DNA of 64,000 nucleotides, from assembly GCA_965226495.1 (NCBI GenBank), contig OZ245365.1, forward strand, positions 2,944,001 to 3,008,000. The letters run 5' to 3'. The first letter of the stretch is position 1; each line of letters opens with the position of its first letter. The position numbers and the translations under genes were made by a program. The DNA comes from Candidatus Marinacidobacterales bacterium. GTDB taxonomy: Bacteria > Acidobacteriota > Vicinamibacteria > Marinacidobacterales > DATDRI01. Below the pieces are notes generated by a model. That model saw only the letters and a list, made by a program, of their open reading frames with translations. It made no database searches and was not told the origin of the DNA. Shown here in pieces: positions 36,053-45,784 of this stretch.

Positions 36053-37222
36053 CTAGCCGTCCGTGGAGGAAGTCGCGCGCGCCACCGCGTTTCGGCCCCG
36101 ATTCCACCGCAATGCCTGTACCAAGTGATTCCATCCCCACGCTATGACCTGGTGCAACCGCCGGAGATAGAACCAGCGAGTGGCGCCGCCCGGAAACACT
36201 TCACGCATGACGTTGTGACGAGGAAAAGTGAACTCGTAGAGGTAGCCTAGCTTTCCAAGAAAAGACGGGATCGAAAAAGCCACCAAGAGCTCTCCGGTTG
36301 CCTCTGCGGCCCGCCTAGCTACGACCGCATCCACGAACTTGCATTCCATTCGGTTCAAGCGCGGTAGAGAAACCCACACTCCCGGAGGAATCTTCACCGC
36401 GAGAAGTCGCTCCATAGCAGAGACTGCATAGGCGACGGGGCGCTGCGTCCGGGTTTTTTCGGCTTGGAGCAAGAGCTCTTCCCAGTCGAGTCGCCGCGAT
36501 ACCAGCGCTAGATCAATCAACCAGATGAGTCGGGAGAACGAGTGCTTCTGCGCGTGTACCGCGAGATGCAAAAATTGATGAGCGGGTGACAGAGTCAGTA
36601 GGCTGTTGTCGCCTGGATCCAAGGCCACCGCCTTCGCCCAGACTGCCTCGGCATCGAACTGGAACGCTAACGCTCGCCTGCGGATCCGAGACGCGTTGAG
36701 GAGGTCGGTATGGAGGTCGAACATCACCGGCCCCTTCGTGAAAAGCGTCCCCGATGAGCCCGGGGAACGGAAGCCCCGCTCAAAGAGCATATCCCGCACT
36801 CGGGGAAGGTCTGTCTCGTCCACCAGGAGATCCAGGTCGCTCAAAGGGCGTAACCCCAATTGGCCTCCGTAGGCGGTCGTGGTCAGCGCGCCACCTTTGA
36901 GAAGAACGACCCGAAGCCCCTCCCTCTGGAGAGCGGTACGAAGGGTAAGCAATTCTGCGAAAAGGCTTCCGTTGGAGACAAAAATGCCGTGGAGTGCCTT
37001 CGAGAAGGGCTCCAAGGGAAGCTTCAAATGGTGGGTTCTTGAGAGCTGCTCGAGCTGAAGCGCCAGCACGCCGCCCATACCTTCTTGCCCCGCCAACTCG
37101 AGCAGACCCGCCCAGTCCAAGGAGGGACCGATACATTCGAGGGCCTCGTCCTTCTCGGCATTGCCGAGGAAGAGTCGCCCCGCGGCGAGGAGCACGTCTC
37201 GTTCTGGGCTTCTAGCAACCAC
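36053..37222 (-). CDS. Uncharacterised nucleotidyltransferase (NTP_transf_5-like)
   Basis: LLKGGAL, RPLSDLDLLV, DLH, HLAVH, RLIWLIDL; GTG 37222 overlaps upstream stop. Confidence 0.8.
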   Translation of the reverse strand: MVARSPERDVLLAAGRLFLGNAEKDEALECIGPSLDWAGLLELAGQEGMGGVLALQLEQLSRTHHLKLPLEPFSKALHGIFVSNGSLFAELLTLRTALQREGLRVVLLKGGALTTTAYGGQLGLRPLSDLDLLVDETDLPRVRDMLFERGFRSPGSSGTLFTKGPVMFDLHTDLLNASRIRRRALAFQFDAEAVWAKAVALDPGDNSLLTLSPAHQFLHLAVHAQKHSFSRLIWLIDLALVSRRLDWEELLLQAEKTRTQRPVAYAVSAMERLLAVKIPPGVWVSLPRLNRMECKFVDAVVARRAAEATGELLVAFSIPSFLGKLGYLYEFTFPRHNVMREVFPGGATRWFYLRRLHQVIAWGWNHLVQALRWNRGRNAVARATSSTDG

Positions 37223-37751
37223 AATTATTCTGGGCCGAGGCCGTCCCCACGCACACCCCATTGCAGCACAGCTTGGAGCCGCATTGGCTTCCGGGATTAC
37301 CGTTGTGGCAAGGGGCACAGTCACCCGCGGCGTTGCAGTCTCCCGTAGGCACGCAGCTCATCCCGTGCGCCGGAGTCGGTGCAACGATGGAGCTCACGAC
37401 CGGCAGCATCACGGAGGCGGCGAGGCCGACTTTCTTCAACCGACGAATGAAGTCGCGCCGGGAGTACCCCTCGATGGGCGCTTTCCCTTCCAGCAAACCG
37501 ACGCGCGCGAGGCGGCCCAAGGCATAGTTCACGACCTCTCGGTCGGCAGGTTCGTCGAGCTTATCGGCGAGGATGCGCGCCAACTGAGAGATAGTCGCCT
37601 TCCCATTACTGTGGCGCCATACGATCGCGGCGGCACGGTTGAGGCGATGAGCTCGATGATTCCTCAAGTCATAGACCAGAACTTCGTCGAGGAGGTTTTG
37701 CACCGCCAAATCCTTTTTCCTCCGACGAGGTTTATCGTGTTCCCTGCTCAT
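37212..37751 (-). CDS. PqqD/RRE domain fused to internal twin-arginine motif and Cys-rich peptide (putative RiPP precursor)
   Basis: EVLVYD...AHRLNRAAAIVWRHSNG..TISQLA...L...GLL RRE; SRRDFIRR plus hydrophobic LPVVSSIVAPTPAHG; 49-aa tail with 10 Cys. Confidence 0.8.
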   Translation of the reverse strand: MSREHDKPRRRKKDLAVQNLLDEVLVYDLRNHRAHRLNRAAAIVWRHSNGKATISQLARILADKLDEPADREVVNYALGRLARVGLLEGKAPIEGYSRRDFIRRLKKVGLAASVMLPVVSSIVAPTPAHGMSCVPTGDCNAAGDCAPCHNGNPGSQCGSKLCCNGVCVGTASAQNNCGC

Positions 37752-37776
37752 GCTCGCTCCTTGCTGGACTAGTGCC

Positions 37777-38613
37777 CTACGCAGCGTTATCGAGCTCGGC
37801 CAGCATTTTCTCTAGCACTTCATCCACTTCACCCCGAGCTCCGATCAAGACCGGCGCGCGACCCACCGCGCGTTTCAACGTCTCCAGCGCGCGTTGGGGT
37901 TCTAAGCGGGCCGAGGCCGTGTTGGCCAACAACGCGAGAGCCGCTTGACCGGGAGAAAGCGTATGCGGACTCCAATTTGCCCCCGGCTTGTACTCGCTCA
38001 GAATGACTAACCCGACCGGTAGCGGTGGCCCCCCTGGGGTCACGCCCAGTTCCTCGACTAGCTCAGAGATGGAACGCCTCTCTCCTTCGAGTGTCTCGGG
38101 AGGGTGGGGAAAAGCATGGACACGGCCGCGTGAATCGAAGACCGCGTACTCGTCGGAGTAATACGTTCCCCCCGCCCTTACCAATCCGGCGACCAAAGTG
38201 CTCTTGCCGCTAAAGGTCTTGCCCGGCAAAACGATAGCCCGGCCGCGCCATCCGACCACCCCCGCGTGGATGAACACTCGCGTCTCGGAGGTTTCCGCGA
38301 CGAAGAGCCGCATGTCCGAGACGAGAACCTGAAGTAAATCGTCGAGGTCCATCGTTCTCGAGATTCGTTGCGTATTGGCATAGAGAAGGTTGTACCAGCG
38401 GATCCGACTGCTGGAGCCGGTTGGTTGGTTCGGTCCAACCCGGAGCGAATACAATCGATCCACGACGCGGGACTTCGCCGGTTTCCAACCGGGGGGGAAC
38501 AACGACTCGAGACGATCAAGTACTTCCACTTGGTTGACGCGAACTCCTACGCGAGTGCCGTAGGCTCGAAACGCAATCCCCGCTTCCCAACCGAGCCGAT
38601 CGAGCTCTTTCAT
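37777..38613 (-). CDS. HPr-kinase-like P-loop kinase
   Basis: FIHAGVV, PGKTFSGKSTL Walker A, YYSDE. Confidence 0.75.
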   Translation of the reverse strand: MKELDRLGWEAGIAFRAYGTRVGVRVNQVEVLDRLESLFPPGWKPAKSRVVDRLYSLRVGPNQPTGSSSRIRWYNLLYANTQRISRTMDLDDLLQVLVSDMRLFVAETSETRVFIHAGVVGWRGRAIVLPGKTFSGKSTLVAGLVRAGGTYYSDEYAVFDSRGRVHAFPHPPETLEGERRSISELVEELGVTPGGPPLPVGLVILSEYKPGANWSPHTLSPGQAALALLANTASARLEPQRALETLKRAVGRAPVLIGARGEVDEVLEKMLAELDNAA

Positions 38614-38903
38614 CGACGTCGAGCCTCCGTCGAGCCGTGGCAGGATCGAACGTGACAAGCGATTCTCCCTCTCTCTGCGAGTCAGACCTCGGTGTTTGGA
38701 AGACAGACGCCTCCGCCGAGATCCGACTAAAAAAGCCATCGCGATAACTACGGGTGTTTATCTGTTATTGTATCAATAGGTTACCAAAAGTACTCGATTG
38801 AGGCAAGCCACTGCCCAACCCACCTGATCTCGTTTGCGCTCGCGACCGCCGGTATATAGCCTGGGCCGCACAACAGCGGGCGTTTTAGGCGCGTTAGGGG
38901 CAG

Positions 38904-39671
38904 ATGGGGATTCTCGAGGGAAAACGGGCGCTCATCACCGGTGGAGCTTCCGGCATCGGGAAGGCCAGCGCGCTTCTCTTCGCCAAGGAGGGCGCCGCGG
39001 TCTCGGTTGCCGACCGCGATACCGTCGGAGGCGAGGAGACGGTGCGGGAGATAGAGGAACGAGAGGGCCAGGCTCTCTTCGTCGCCACCGATGTAACCCG
39101 CGCGGAAGACTGCAAGATCGCAGTCCAGCGAACCGTGACCAGGTTCGGAGGCCTGGACCTGCTCTTCAACAACGCCGGGATAATTATTCGCCGCTCGGTC
39201 GAGGAGCTCGACGAGGCCGACTGGGATCGAGTCATGGCCGTCAACGCGAAATCCGTCTTCCTGATGTCCAAATTCGCCATTCCGGCAATGCGATCCTCCG
39301 GAGGCGGCACCATTATTAATACCTCCTCCGGGTGGGGGCTGGTGGGAGGTGCCAAGGCGGCGGCCTATTGTGCAAGCAAAGGAGCCGTCGTTGTTTTGAC
39401 GAAGGCAATGGCCGTCGATTGTGGTCCGGACGGTATCAGGGTCAACTGCCTTTGCCCCGGCGATACCGATACCCCTTTGCTTCGAGACGAAGCGCGCCAA
39501 CTCGCAGCACCTGAGTCCAGCTTCCTGGCCGATGCCGCGCGACGGCCGCTCGGGCGTGTCGGTTCCCCGGAAGATATCGCACGCGCGGCACTGTTCCTGG
39601 CCAGCGATGCCTCGAGCTACATCACAGGAACCACCCTAGTCGTCGATGGCGGAGGTCTGGCCGCCGGTTAG
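38904..39671 (+). CDS. SDR family oxidoreductase
   Basis: TGGASGIG, NNAG, YCASK, RVNCLCPG. Confidence 0.9.
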   Translation: MGILEGKRALITGGASGIGKASALLFAKEGAAVSVADRDTVGGEETVREIEEREGQALFVATDVTRAEDCKIAVQRTVTRFGGLDLLFNNAGIIIRRSVEELDEADWDRVMAVNAKSVFLMSKFAIPAMRSSGGGTIINTSSGWGLVGGAKAAAYCASKGAVVVLTKAMAVDCGPDGIRVNCLCPGDTDTPLLRDEARQLAAPESSFLADAARRPLGRVGSPEDIARAALFLASDASSYITGTTLVVDGGGLAAG

Positions 39672-39703
39672 ATGAACCACCCTCACCCCGGCCCTCTCCC
39701 TGA

Positions 39704-40333
39704 GGGATCGGTGTCCCGCTGACCACCAAGTTCGAGATCAAGGTCACCGAAGAGCCTTTCTACGTTGCCGATGCCCTCATCACTTTGTTCAATCACGCAG
39801 GACCGCATCACGATCCTCCCAGTCACCTTATAAAAGGAGGAAAGTCGACCGATCAAATCCCACTCGAGCGATTCTACGGCCCGGCGAAGTTTTTCGATTT
39901 CCGCTCCAAGACGAACGACGAGCCTCTTCTTCCCTCGGACTTCGAGAACAGGGGCGTCGAGCCCGGCGACATCGTAATCGTGTTGGTCGACTAAGAGGCC
40001 CCCACCGTCGCCGGCGACCTTCCTTCCTATGCGTACTTGTCGGGAGAGGCGGCCGAGTACCTGGCCGGCATTCCCATCAAAGCCTTCGCCTCGAACATAC
40101 CGAGCCTCGGGAGCGTGAAGCGATACTTCCAGTTGATCGAAGAGGGACTCACCGGCTCGGAGAACATCTTTCCAGAGCATTACGCTTTCTTGTCCCGGGA
40201 CATCCCGAATATCGAAGGCCTGGCCAATTTGGAGAGCCTAATCGGCGAGGAAGAAATTGTCTTCGTCGGCTTTCCGTTGAAGATCAAAAACGGCAACGGC
40301 GCGCCCCTGCGCGCAGCTGCCCTCGTTTATTGA
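39704..40333 (+). pseudogene. Cyclase (kynurenine-formamidase-like) family gene, 5'-truncated with internal TAA
   Basis: HAGPHHDPPSH motif, IEGLANL, FPLKIKNGNGAPLRA; in-frame TAA 39992-39994; begins right after a CCCTCACCCCGGCCCTCTCCC REP-like element. Confidence 0.75.
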
Positions 40334-40357
40334 CGCTCGGCAACGAATTGAAGGAAT

Positions 40358-41563
40358 CTATCGGCGGCGGTTGCGGGCTTCGAATTTTTGGAACTTCTGA
40401 ACTGAAGCGATTTCGCTCAAGCCCTCGCGGATCAGCGATTCGACGTCTGGGCTCGGCTTCAAATCGAGCGCATCCATGAGATGCTGGTAGGCGGCGGTCG
40501 GCTCCCGGAAGGCGTGAAGCTGCAGGAGACCAGCATAGGCGTGCGCCTCGGCGGCACCTTGGCCCGCCGGATAGTCTCGGAGATGGCGCTGATAGACGGT
40601 GAGCGCCGCCCTGGCGTGCCCGTTCTGCGCCAGCCAATTGCCCAATGCGATCGAGTCATCTGGCTCGAGGAGTCCACGCGTTACGTTGGACGATAGCTCG
40701 AAGTAGAGTTTCGCCGCCTCATCGAACTGCTGTCCCTCAATCGCGGCGGCGACTTTTTTCCGAATGGGCGGTGCCTCCGTCTTCGGTACGCGTCGAGCGC
40801 GAAACTCTTCCGGACGCGAGCTGACCTTGCGAAGACCGGCGACCCAAGCAACCAAAACCCCCGCGAGAAAGCCGCCGATGTGCGCGCCGTGCGCCACGCC
40901 CCCGCCACCTCCTCGCGAGATCAGAAAAGGGAAAATATTGTCGAGGATGAGGTAGACCCCCAGCACCAGGCGCGAGCGCAACAGCATCGTCTGCATGATG
41001 AAAGGAAAAAAGAAAATGAAGACCCGCACTTTGTTGTGAGGAAACCATAGGAAGTAGAATCCGAGCACTCCGGAAATCGCCCCCGATGCACCCACCAAGG
41101 GAAGCGGCGACCGACCGGCGAACATCCCGTAGAACACGGTGGCAGCGACGCCGGTCGCCAAGTACCAAAATAGGTACTTGAAGGATCCCAGCCGGTGCTC
41201 CACGTTGTCTCCGTAGATCCACAGAAACAACATGTTTCCGAAGAGATGCATGAAGCCGCCGTGGAGGAACATCGCAGTGAAAAGCGTGATCAGAGAAGGG
41301 TCTACGCTTCGAAAGCCCCACGAGAAGACAACCAAGTCGTAGGCCGATATCTGTTGAATGACTTGGGTCGGCGATACGCCGGGCGGGAGGCTTTCACTCA
41401 CCGCGTTCACGTACTCCTGGACCCTCGGGTCCTGCGGGTCGGCGGCATTGAAACTGAGGGGTAGCGAGATGAGAACGTAGACAACAACGTTAACGGCGAT
41501 GAGAGCGTAGTTTACGTACGGAACGCCTTGGGGATTGGGCTCGTCTCCTAGCGGCAAAAACAT
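40358..41563 (-). CDS. Rhomboid intramembrane serine protease with C-terminal TPR-like region
   Basis: HGGFMHLFGNM, GASG, AHIGGF. Confidence 0.9.
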   Translation of the reverse strand: MFLPLGDEPNPQGVPYVNYALIAVNVVVYVLISLPLSFNAADPQDPRVQEYVNAVSESLPPGVSPTQVIQQISAYDLVVFSWGFRSVDPSLITLFTAMFLHGGFMHLFGNMLFLWIYGDNVEHRLGSFKYLFWYLATGVAATVFYGMFAGRSPLPLVGASGAISGVLGFYFLWFPHNKVRVFIFFFPFIMQTMLLRSRLVLGVYLILDNIFPFLISRGGGGGVAHGAHIGGFLAGVLVAWVAGLRKVSSRPEEFRARRVPKTEAPPIRKKVAAAIEGQQFDEAAKLYFELSSNVTRGLLEPDDSIALGNWLAQNGHARAALTVYQRHLRDYPAGQGAAEAHAYAGLLQLHAFREPTAAYQHLMDALDLKPSPDVESLIREGLSEIASVQKFQKFEARNRRR

Positions 41564-41580
41564 GGCGTGCTCTCGGCCCC

Positions 41581-43083
41581 CTACCGGTAGTAGCGTCCAA
41601 GAACGGCGCGGCCCGACTTGGCACCGGCTACCGTTTCGCTGTCTCGCACGACGAACGTGCCATTCACTAACACGTGCTCGATCCCCTTCGAAAAGCTCAA
41701 GCCCTTTTCGAAGGTGGCGGTGTCCAGTATCTTATACGGATCGAAGACGGTGATGTCGGCGTCGCCGCCCACCTTGACACGCCCTTTATTCAACATGGAA
41801 GGAGCGATCCCCTCCAACCGCCGAGCCGGCATCAGCGTCATCTTGCGGAGGCCTTCCATCAACGTCAGGACTCCTTGTTCGCGGACGTATCGGCCGAGGA
41901 CCCGAGAGAAAGTACCGGCGCCGCGCGGGTGGGCGCCGGGCGCATAGGGCATGCCATCCGAGCCCACCATCACGAAGGGAGTACTCATCGCGAGCTCGAT
42001 CCATTCCGGCTTCATCATGTGGATGATGACCACGCCCCCCTTCTCTCGGTACGTTTCGAAGGCTTCCTTGTTGAGTCGCTCTCCCGTATCTTGCCACTGA
42101 AGATCCTCGTAGGAGATCTGCAGGCGCTCTCGCCATCCCTCGTCGAAAATCGCCGATTGCAAGAAGGTGGACGCGGCGGTGTAAGGATAGGCTTCCGTGG
42201 TCACGTCCAAACCCCTCTGCTGCGCCCCCGCAATTAACTCGAGAACAGTCGGCAGCTCCCAGAGACTCATGCTGTTGACGTGGACGATGTGGAGAGACGC
42301 GCCGGTCGCAGCCGCGTTGGCAATCACCTCTTGCATCGCATCGATCCTCATGGCCCGGACGTGAGTGAAGATCGGAACCTCCCAGTCTCCGGCCATTTCA
42401 AAGACCCGATAGACCTCCTCACGCGTTGCCCCCGGGAAGTATTGATGCTCCATGCCAATTCCGAGGGCACCTTCGCGGAGCCCTAACTCCAGTTTTTCCT
42501 TCAAGCGAGAGAGCCCCTCGAGACCCAGGGGCTCATAGGCACCTTTCATGAGCGCCAAGTAGTCAGCGTCCTCGAAGAGTCGATTCCCCAACTCCCTTCG
42601 AACCTTGTTCGCCAACGCTTCGAATTCCGGCATCACGGTGGTCCGCACCATGCCGTGGCCGACGCTGGCACCAAAGTTGATGAGCGCCTTCCCCTCCCGC
42701 GAGCGGATGAAGGCGCCGACGAACGGCATCCCCCCTTCGAGCTCGAGCGCCGTGGTGACGCCGTCGTGAACCTGAAACTCATTGGCTTCGTTGGTTTGGC
42801 CGTGGGCGTGCAGGTCGATGAAACCCGGGGCGACGACCAAACCCCGGACATCGAGGACGGTTACACCCTCGAGAGGTTGGGCGGAAATCTCAGAAATCCG
42901 ATCGCCGCGGATGCCGACGTAGCGGACGGCATCCAGACCGCTCTCCGGATCCATCACCCGACCACCGGCCAGGACGATATCGAACTGTGTTGGCGGAGAT
43001 TGTGAGCAGAGGCCACGCGCGGGAAACACGCATAAGCCGACCAGAGACAAAGTGAAAAAGTAACGGCGGGTGAGTCTTCGCAT
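41581..43083 (-). CDS. Amidohydrolase, N-acyl-D-amino-acid deacylase-like
   Basis: PGFIDLHAH, THVR, HIVH, GSDG, HPRGAGTF. Confidence 0.85.
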   Translation of the reverse strand: MRRLTRRYFFTLSLVGLCVFPARGLCSQSPPTQFDIVLAGGRVMDPESGLDAVRYVGIRGDRISEISAQPLEGVTVLDVRGLVVAPGFIDLHAHGQTNEANEFQVHDGVTTALELEGGMPFVGAFIRSREGKALINFGASVGHGMVRTTVMPEFEALANKVRRELGNRLFEDADYLALMKGAYEPLGLEGLSRLKEKLELGLREGALGIGMEHQYFPGATREEVYRVFEMAGDWEVPIFTHVRAMRIDAMQEVIANAAATGASLHIVHVNSMSLWELPTVLELIAGAQQRGLDVTTEAYPYTAASTFLQSAIFDEGWRERLQISYEDLQWQDTGERLNKEAFETYREKGGVVIIHMMKPEWIELAMSTPFVMVGSDGMPYAPGAHPRGAGTFSRVLGRYVREQGVLTLMEGLRKMTLMPARRLEGIAPSMLNKGRVKVGGDADITVFDPYKILDTATFEKGLSFSKGIEHVLVNGTFVVRDSETVAGAKSGRAVLGRYYR

Positions 43084-43090
43084 CTTCTTG

Positions 43091-44659
43091 CTAGTTCAAA
43101 TCAGAGAACGTGGTCTCTGCCTTTTCGATGAAGGGACCTCGCCAATTCGGGAACCGGTCCCGAAAAATATGGTCCCGTCCGTAATGCTCCTCGAGAAGCC
43201 GTCCCTTGGCCGTCCCTCCCTTCCAGAGGTCATACTCGGGGACCGCGTACGTCTCGAAGAAGGCGGTCAATCTCTTGTCGAGCGCTTCGACGATCTCTCG
43301 GTAGGCGGGATCGCCTACTAGATTGACGGTTTCACCGGGATCGGCCTCCATGTCAAAGAGGGTATCGGGCTCCTCTCGATCGAAACGCTTCATGTACTTC
43401 CACTTGGGCGTTCGGACCACCCGCAAGGTGACGAACTCGAAAAAGACGGCATCCCCAAGGTCTAGATCCTCTCCACGTAGGAGTGGCACGTAGCTCTTCC
43501 CCGGTGTGTTCTCGACCGTCATTTCACTCATCCCGAGATAATCGAGGACGGTCGGGAAAAAGTCGTATTGCCCGACGAGTCGATCCGTCTCAGCGCCTGC
43601 AGGAATACGCCCCCGGTGTCGAAAGACCAAAGGAACCTGCATATGGACGTTCGAGACCGTAAATGGAAACGACCAGGAAGTGTTACCCCAGAAGCCATGC
43701 TGCCCGTAAGAGGCCGCCTGGTCAGACGTATAGATGACCAGCGTATTGTCATCGAAGCCGTGCTGGCCGAGCGCCTCCATCACTCTCCCCACTCCATCGT
43801 CGACCATGGTCGTCTCGGACGCAGTGTTGATGACTGCGGCTCGGTTGGTAAGCGCATCGATCGCCTTCGCCGCCGTCGTTCCTTCGTCGATCATCACGTC
43901 CGACGGTCCTCTGCCTCGCGCCCATCTCATCACATAAGGATGGGGTGTGGACTCCCGGGCGAAGTCGGGCGTGTGCGCCTCGTAATAAGCCGCGTGACGG
44001 GTTCGCGGCTCCATGTTCACGGTGGGAGGCAGCATGTACGGGCCGTTGTAAGAGAGGTACAAGAAGAAGGGCCTGTCGTCGGTCTGGCGCGAAATGAAGT
44101 CGACCGCCTTGTCGGTCCAGAAATCGGTGAGATGCTTCGCGACCGTGTACGTTTCGCCGTTGTCGATGACCGACTGGTCGTAGAAGGTCGTGGTGTGCCC
44201 GGAGGGAAACGTGACCCCATACTGGAAGCCAAGCTGCGGCTTGGCAGCCTCCCCTAGATGATACTTGCCGACGAGACCGGTGCTGTAACCGGCCTCGGAC
44301 AGGGTCTGGGGCAAGGAGCGGAATTCCTCGATGCCCGACCACCCGGAAACGTCGGTGGCGCCTGGAAGAGCTACGTGGATACCGGTCTGAGACGGGATGA
44401 GCCCGGTTAGCAGTGTCGCCCGTGTCGGAGAACACACGCCATTCACCGCGAAGGCGTAATTGAATCGGATCCCTTCCTCGGCCAAACGATCGATGTTCGG
44501 TGTCTTGATCTCGTTGTTGCCATAGGTACCGAGCAACGAATGACTCTGGTTGTCCGAGAGGATCAGAACTAGATTGGGAGGACTGGACGAGTCTTCTGTG
44601 GCGCAGCCGAACGTCCCGACCACGGCTAGAAGAGAGAGGAAGTCGCGTATTCGAGGCAA
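43091..44659 (-). CDS. Sulfatase (possible lipoprotein)
   Basis: PNLVLILSD, CSPTR formylglycine motif, GKYHLG; TTG start at 44659 with AAGGA RBS. Confidence 0.85.
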   Translation of the reverse strand: MPRIRDFLSLLAVVGTFGCATEDSSSPPNLVLILSDNQSHSLLGTYGNNEIKTPNIDRLAEEGIRFNYAFAVNGVCSPTRATLLTGLIPSQTGIHVALPGATDVSGWSGIEEFRSLPQTLSEAGYSTGLVGKYHLGEAAKPQLGFQYGVTFPSGHTTTFYDQSVIDNGETYTVAKHLTDFWTDKAVDFISRQTDDRPFFLYLSYNGPYMLPPTVNMEPRTRHAAYYEAHTPDFARESTPHPYVMRWARGRGPSDVMIDEGTTAAKAIDALTNRAAVINTASETTMVDDGVGRVMEALGQHGFDDNTLVIYTSDQAASYGQHGFWGNTSWSFPFTVSNVHMQVPLVFRHRGRIPAGAETDRLVGQYDFFPTVLDYLGMSEMTVENTPGKSYVPLLRGEDLDLGDAVFFEFVTLRVVRTPKWKYMKRFDREEPDTLFDMEADPGETVNLVGDPAYREIVEALDKRLTAFFETYAVPEYDLWKGGTAKGRLLEEHYGRDHIFRDRFPNWRGPFIEKAETTFSDLN

Positions 44660-44774
44660 TGGATTGCTTCCTTGGCATTCGTGCGCGATTATCGTAATGG
44701 CCGCGCCGAAGCGCGCAGAATACCCGTGAGCCTTCTTAGTAGCAAGAGCGTTCCCTCGACGGGGATCGAAGTGT

Positions 44775-45227
44775 CTAGCTGAGGAAATCGGCTGGATCGA
44801 CACGCTGCACTTCATTCACGGTGTCGAAATCGCTATCGGTGGACAGGAGCCGGCGCAGTCCTCCCTCCTCCATCGCGGCGATATGGATGGCATCCCGGGC
44901 GGTGATGCTGCCGTATTGGAGCAAGAGCTCGCGGGCCCGCGCGGTGGTTCGCTCCGACACCGAGAGTACCTCGTCGCACAATTGTGTCGCCGCGCTGTAG
45001 ACCTCGCGAGCGACCTCGGGCTTCTGAAGGGTGAAATAGCGGTGCAGAATCTCCTGCAGGACCTCCGAGTCCGTTACCAGGCTCACCCGTTGATCGACCG
45101 CTGCTTGTAGCGCGGCCCGACAAGACTCACGGAGAGAGTGAGGCCCACCCGCAGCGTACATCAGAACATTGGCGTCGAGGAAGTAGGCGTCAGGCTTTGT
45201 TTTTCCCGATGTCCGTCTTGAGACCAC
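44775..45227 (-). CDS. vapC: VapC PIN-domain toxin (start uncertain)
   Basis: FLDANVLMY, EVLQE, RDAIH, STDSDFD. Confidence 0.85.
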   Translation of the reverse strand: MVSRRTSGKTKPDAYFLDANVLMYAAGGPHSLRESCRAALQAAVDQRVSLVTDSEVLQEILHRYFTLQKPEVAREVYSAATQLCDEVLSVSERTTARARELLLQYGSITARDAIHIAAMEEGGLRRLLSTDSDFDTVNEVQRVDPADFLS

Positions 45228-45459
45228 CGTACTGCTGCTTCCAGTCGCCGTAGATTTCAGGAGCCGCCGTCGGTGCAAGCGAAAGGAGCTTCTGCAGCGC
45301 CCTCCGCTTGACCCGCTCCGCCTCAGGCGTGAGGCAATACTTCTGGATTGACTCGCGGACCAAACCCGCGAGCTTCTTGCCGTCCCTGCGCGCGATGCGT
45401 AACAACTCCTGATACTGCGCTTCGTCGAGTGTCACTTGGATCTTCTTGGTTTTGGACAC
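45190..45459 (-). CDS. Ribbon-helix-helix antitoxin (VapB/CopG-like)
   Basis: KKIQVTLDEAQY..L...A......LAGLVRESI; overlaps vapC start. Confidence 0.75.
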   Translation of the reverse strand: MSKTKKIQVTLDEAQYQELLRIARRDGKKLAGLVRESIQKYCLTPEAERVKRRALQKLLSLAPTAAPEIYGDWKQQYGGLKTDIGKNKA

Positions 45460-45476
45460 TTTACTCTCCTGCTAAA

Positions 45477-45505
45477 AGGGTATAAATATTTGACACATGT
45501 GTCAA
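45477..45505 (-). promoter_or_regulatory. vapBC promoter with palindromic operator
   Basis: Perfect palindrome TTGACACATGTGTCAA 45490-45505 containing -35 TTGACA, 17 bp to TACCCT. Confidence 0.65.
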
Positions 45506-45784
45506 GTCTTTTGTGTCACTTAATTTATTGAAACCCCAGGCCAATCGGGCTCGTGAACGAGAGAGAGGCCCAGGACGACCGCGCGAACTCGTGTTTTATG
45601 AAGGAATTAGGCGTATCGACGCCTGGAGCCGGCGGTGATGGAGCCAAACTAGGAAATTGCCGCCAGATACAGGTGGCCAGGCGCCGGTGTTTTGCTGGGC
45701 CTTGTGGTACGATTTAGGGTGGAAGGCCCGCCCCTAGGCCTGCGTGCCGCGAGGCTAACAAGCCGCTGAAAGCAGCTTTCGAAA

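Noticed and set aside
36053-38613. Lasso peptide or PQQ cluster
   Set aside because: No asparagine-synthetase-like cyclase, transglutaminase-like peptidase or pqqBCE; precursor lacks the lasso leader pattern
39992-39994. Recoded stop in the cyclase gene
   Set aside because: It is TAA, not at a Cys position, and the gene also lacks its 5' end; pseudogene or sequence error is simpler
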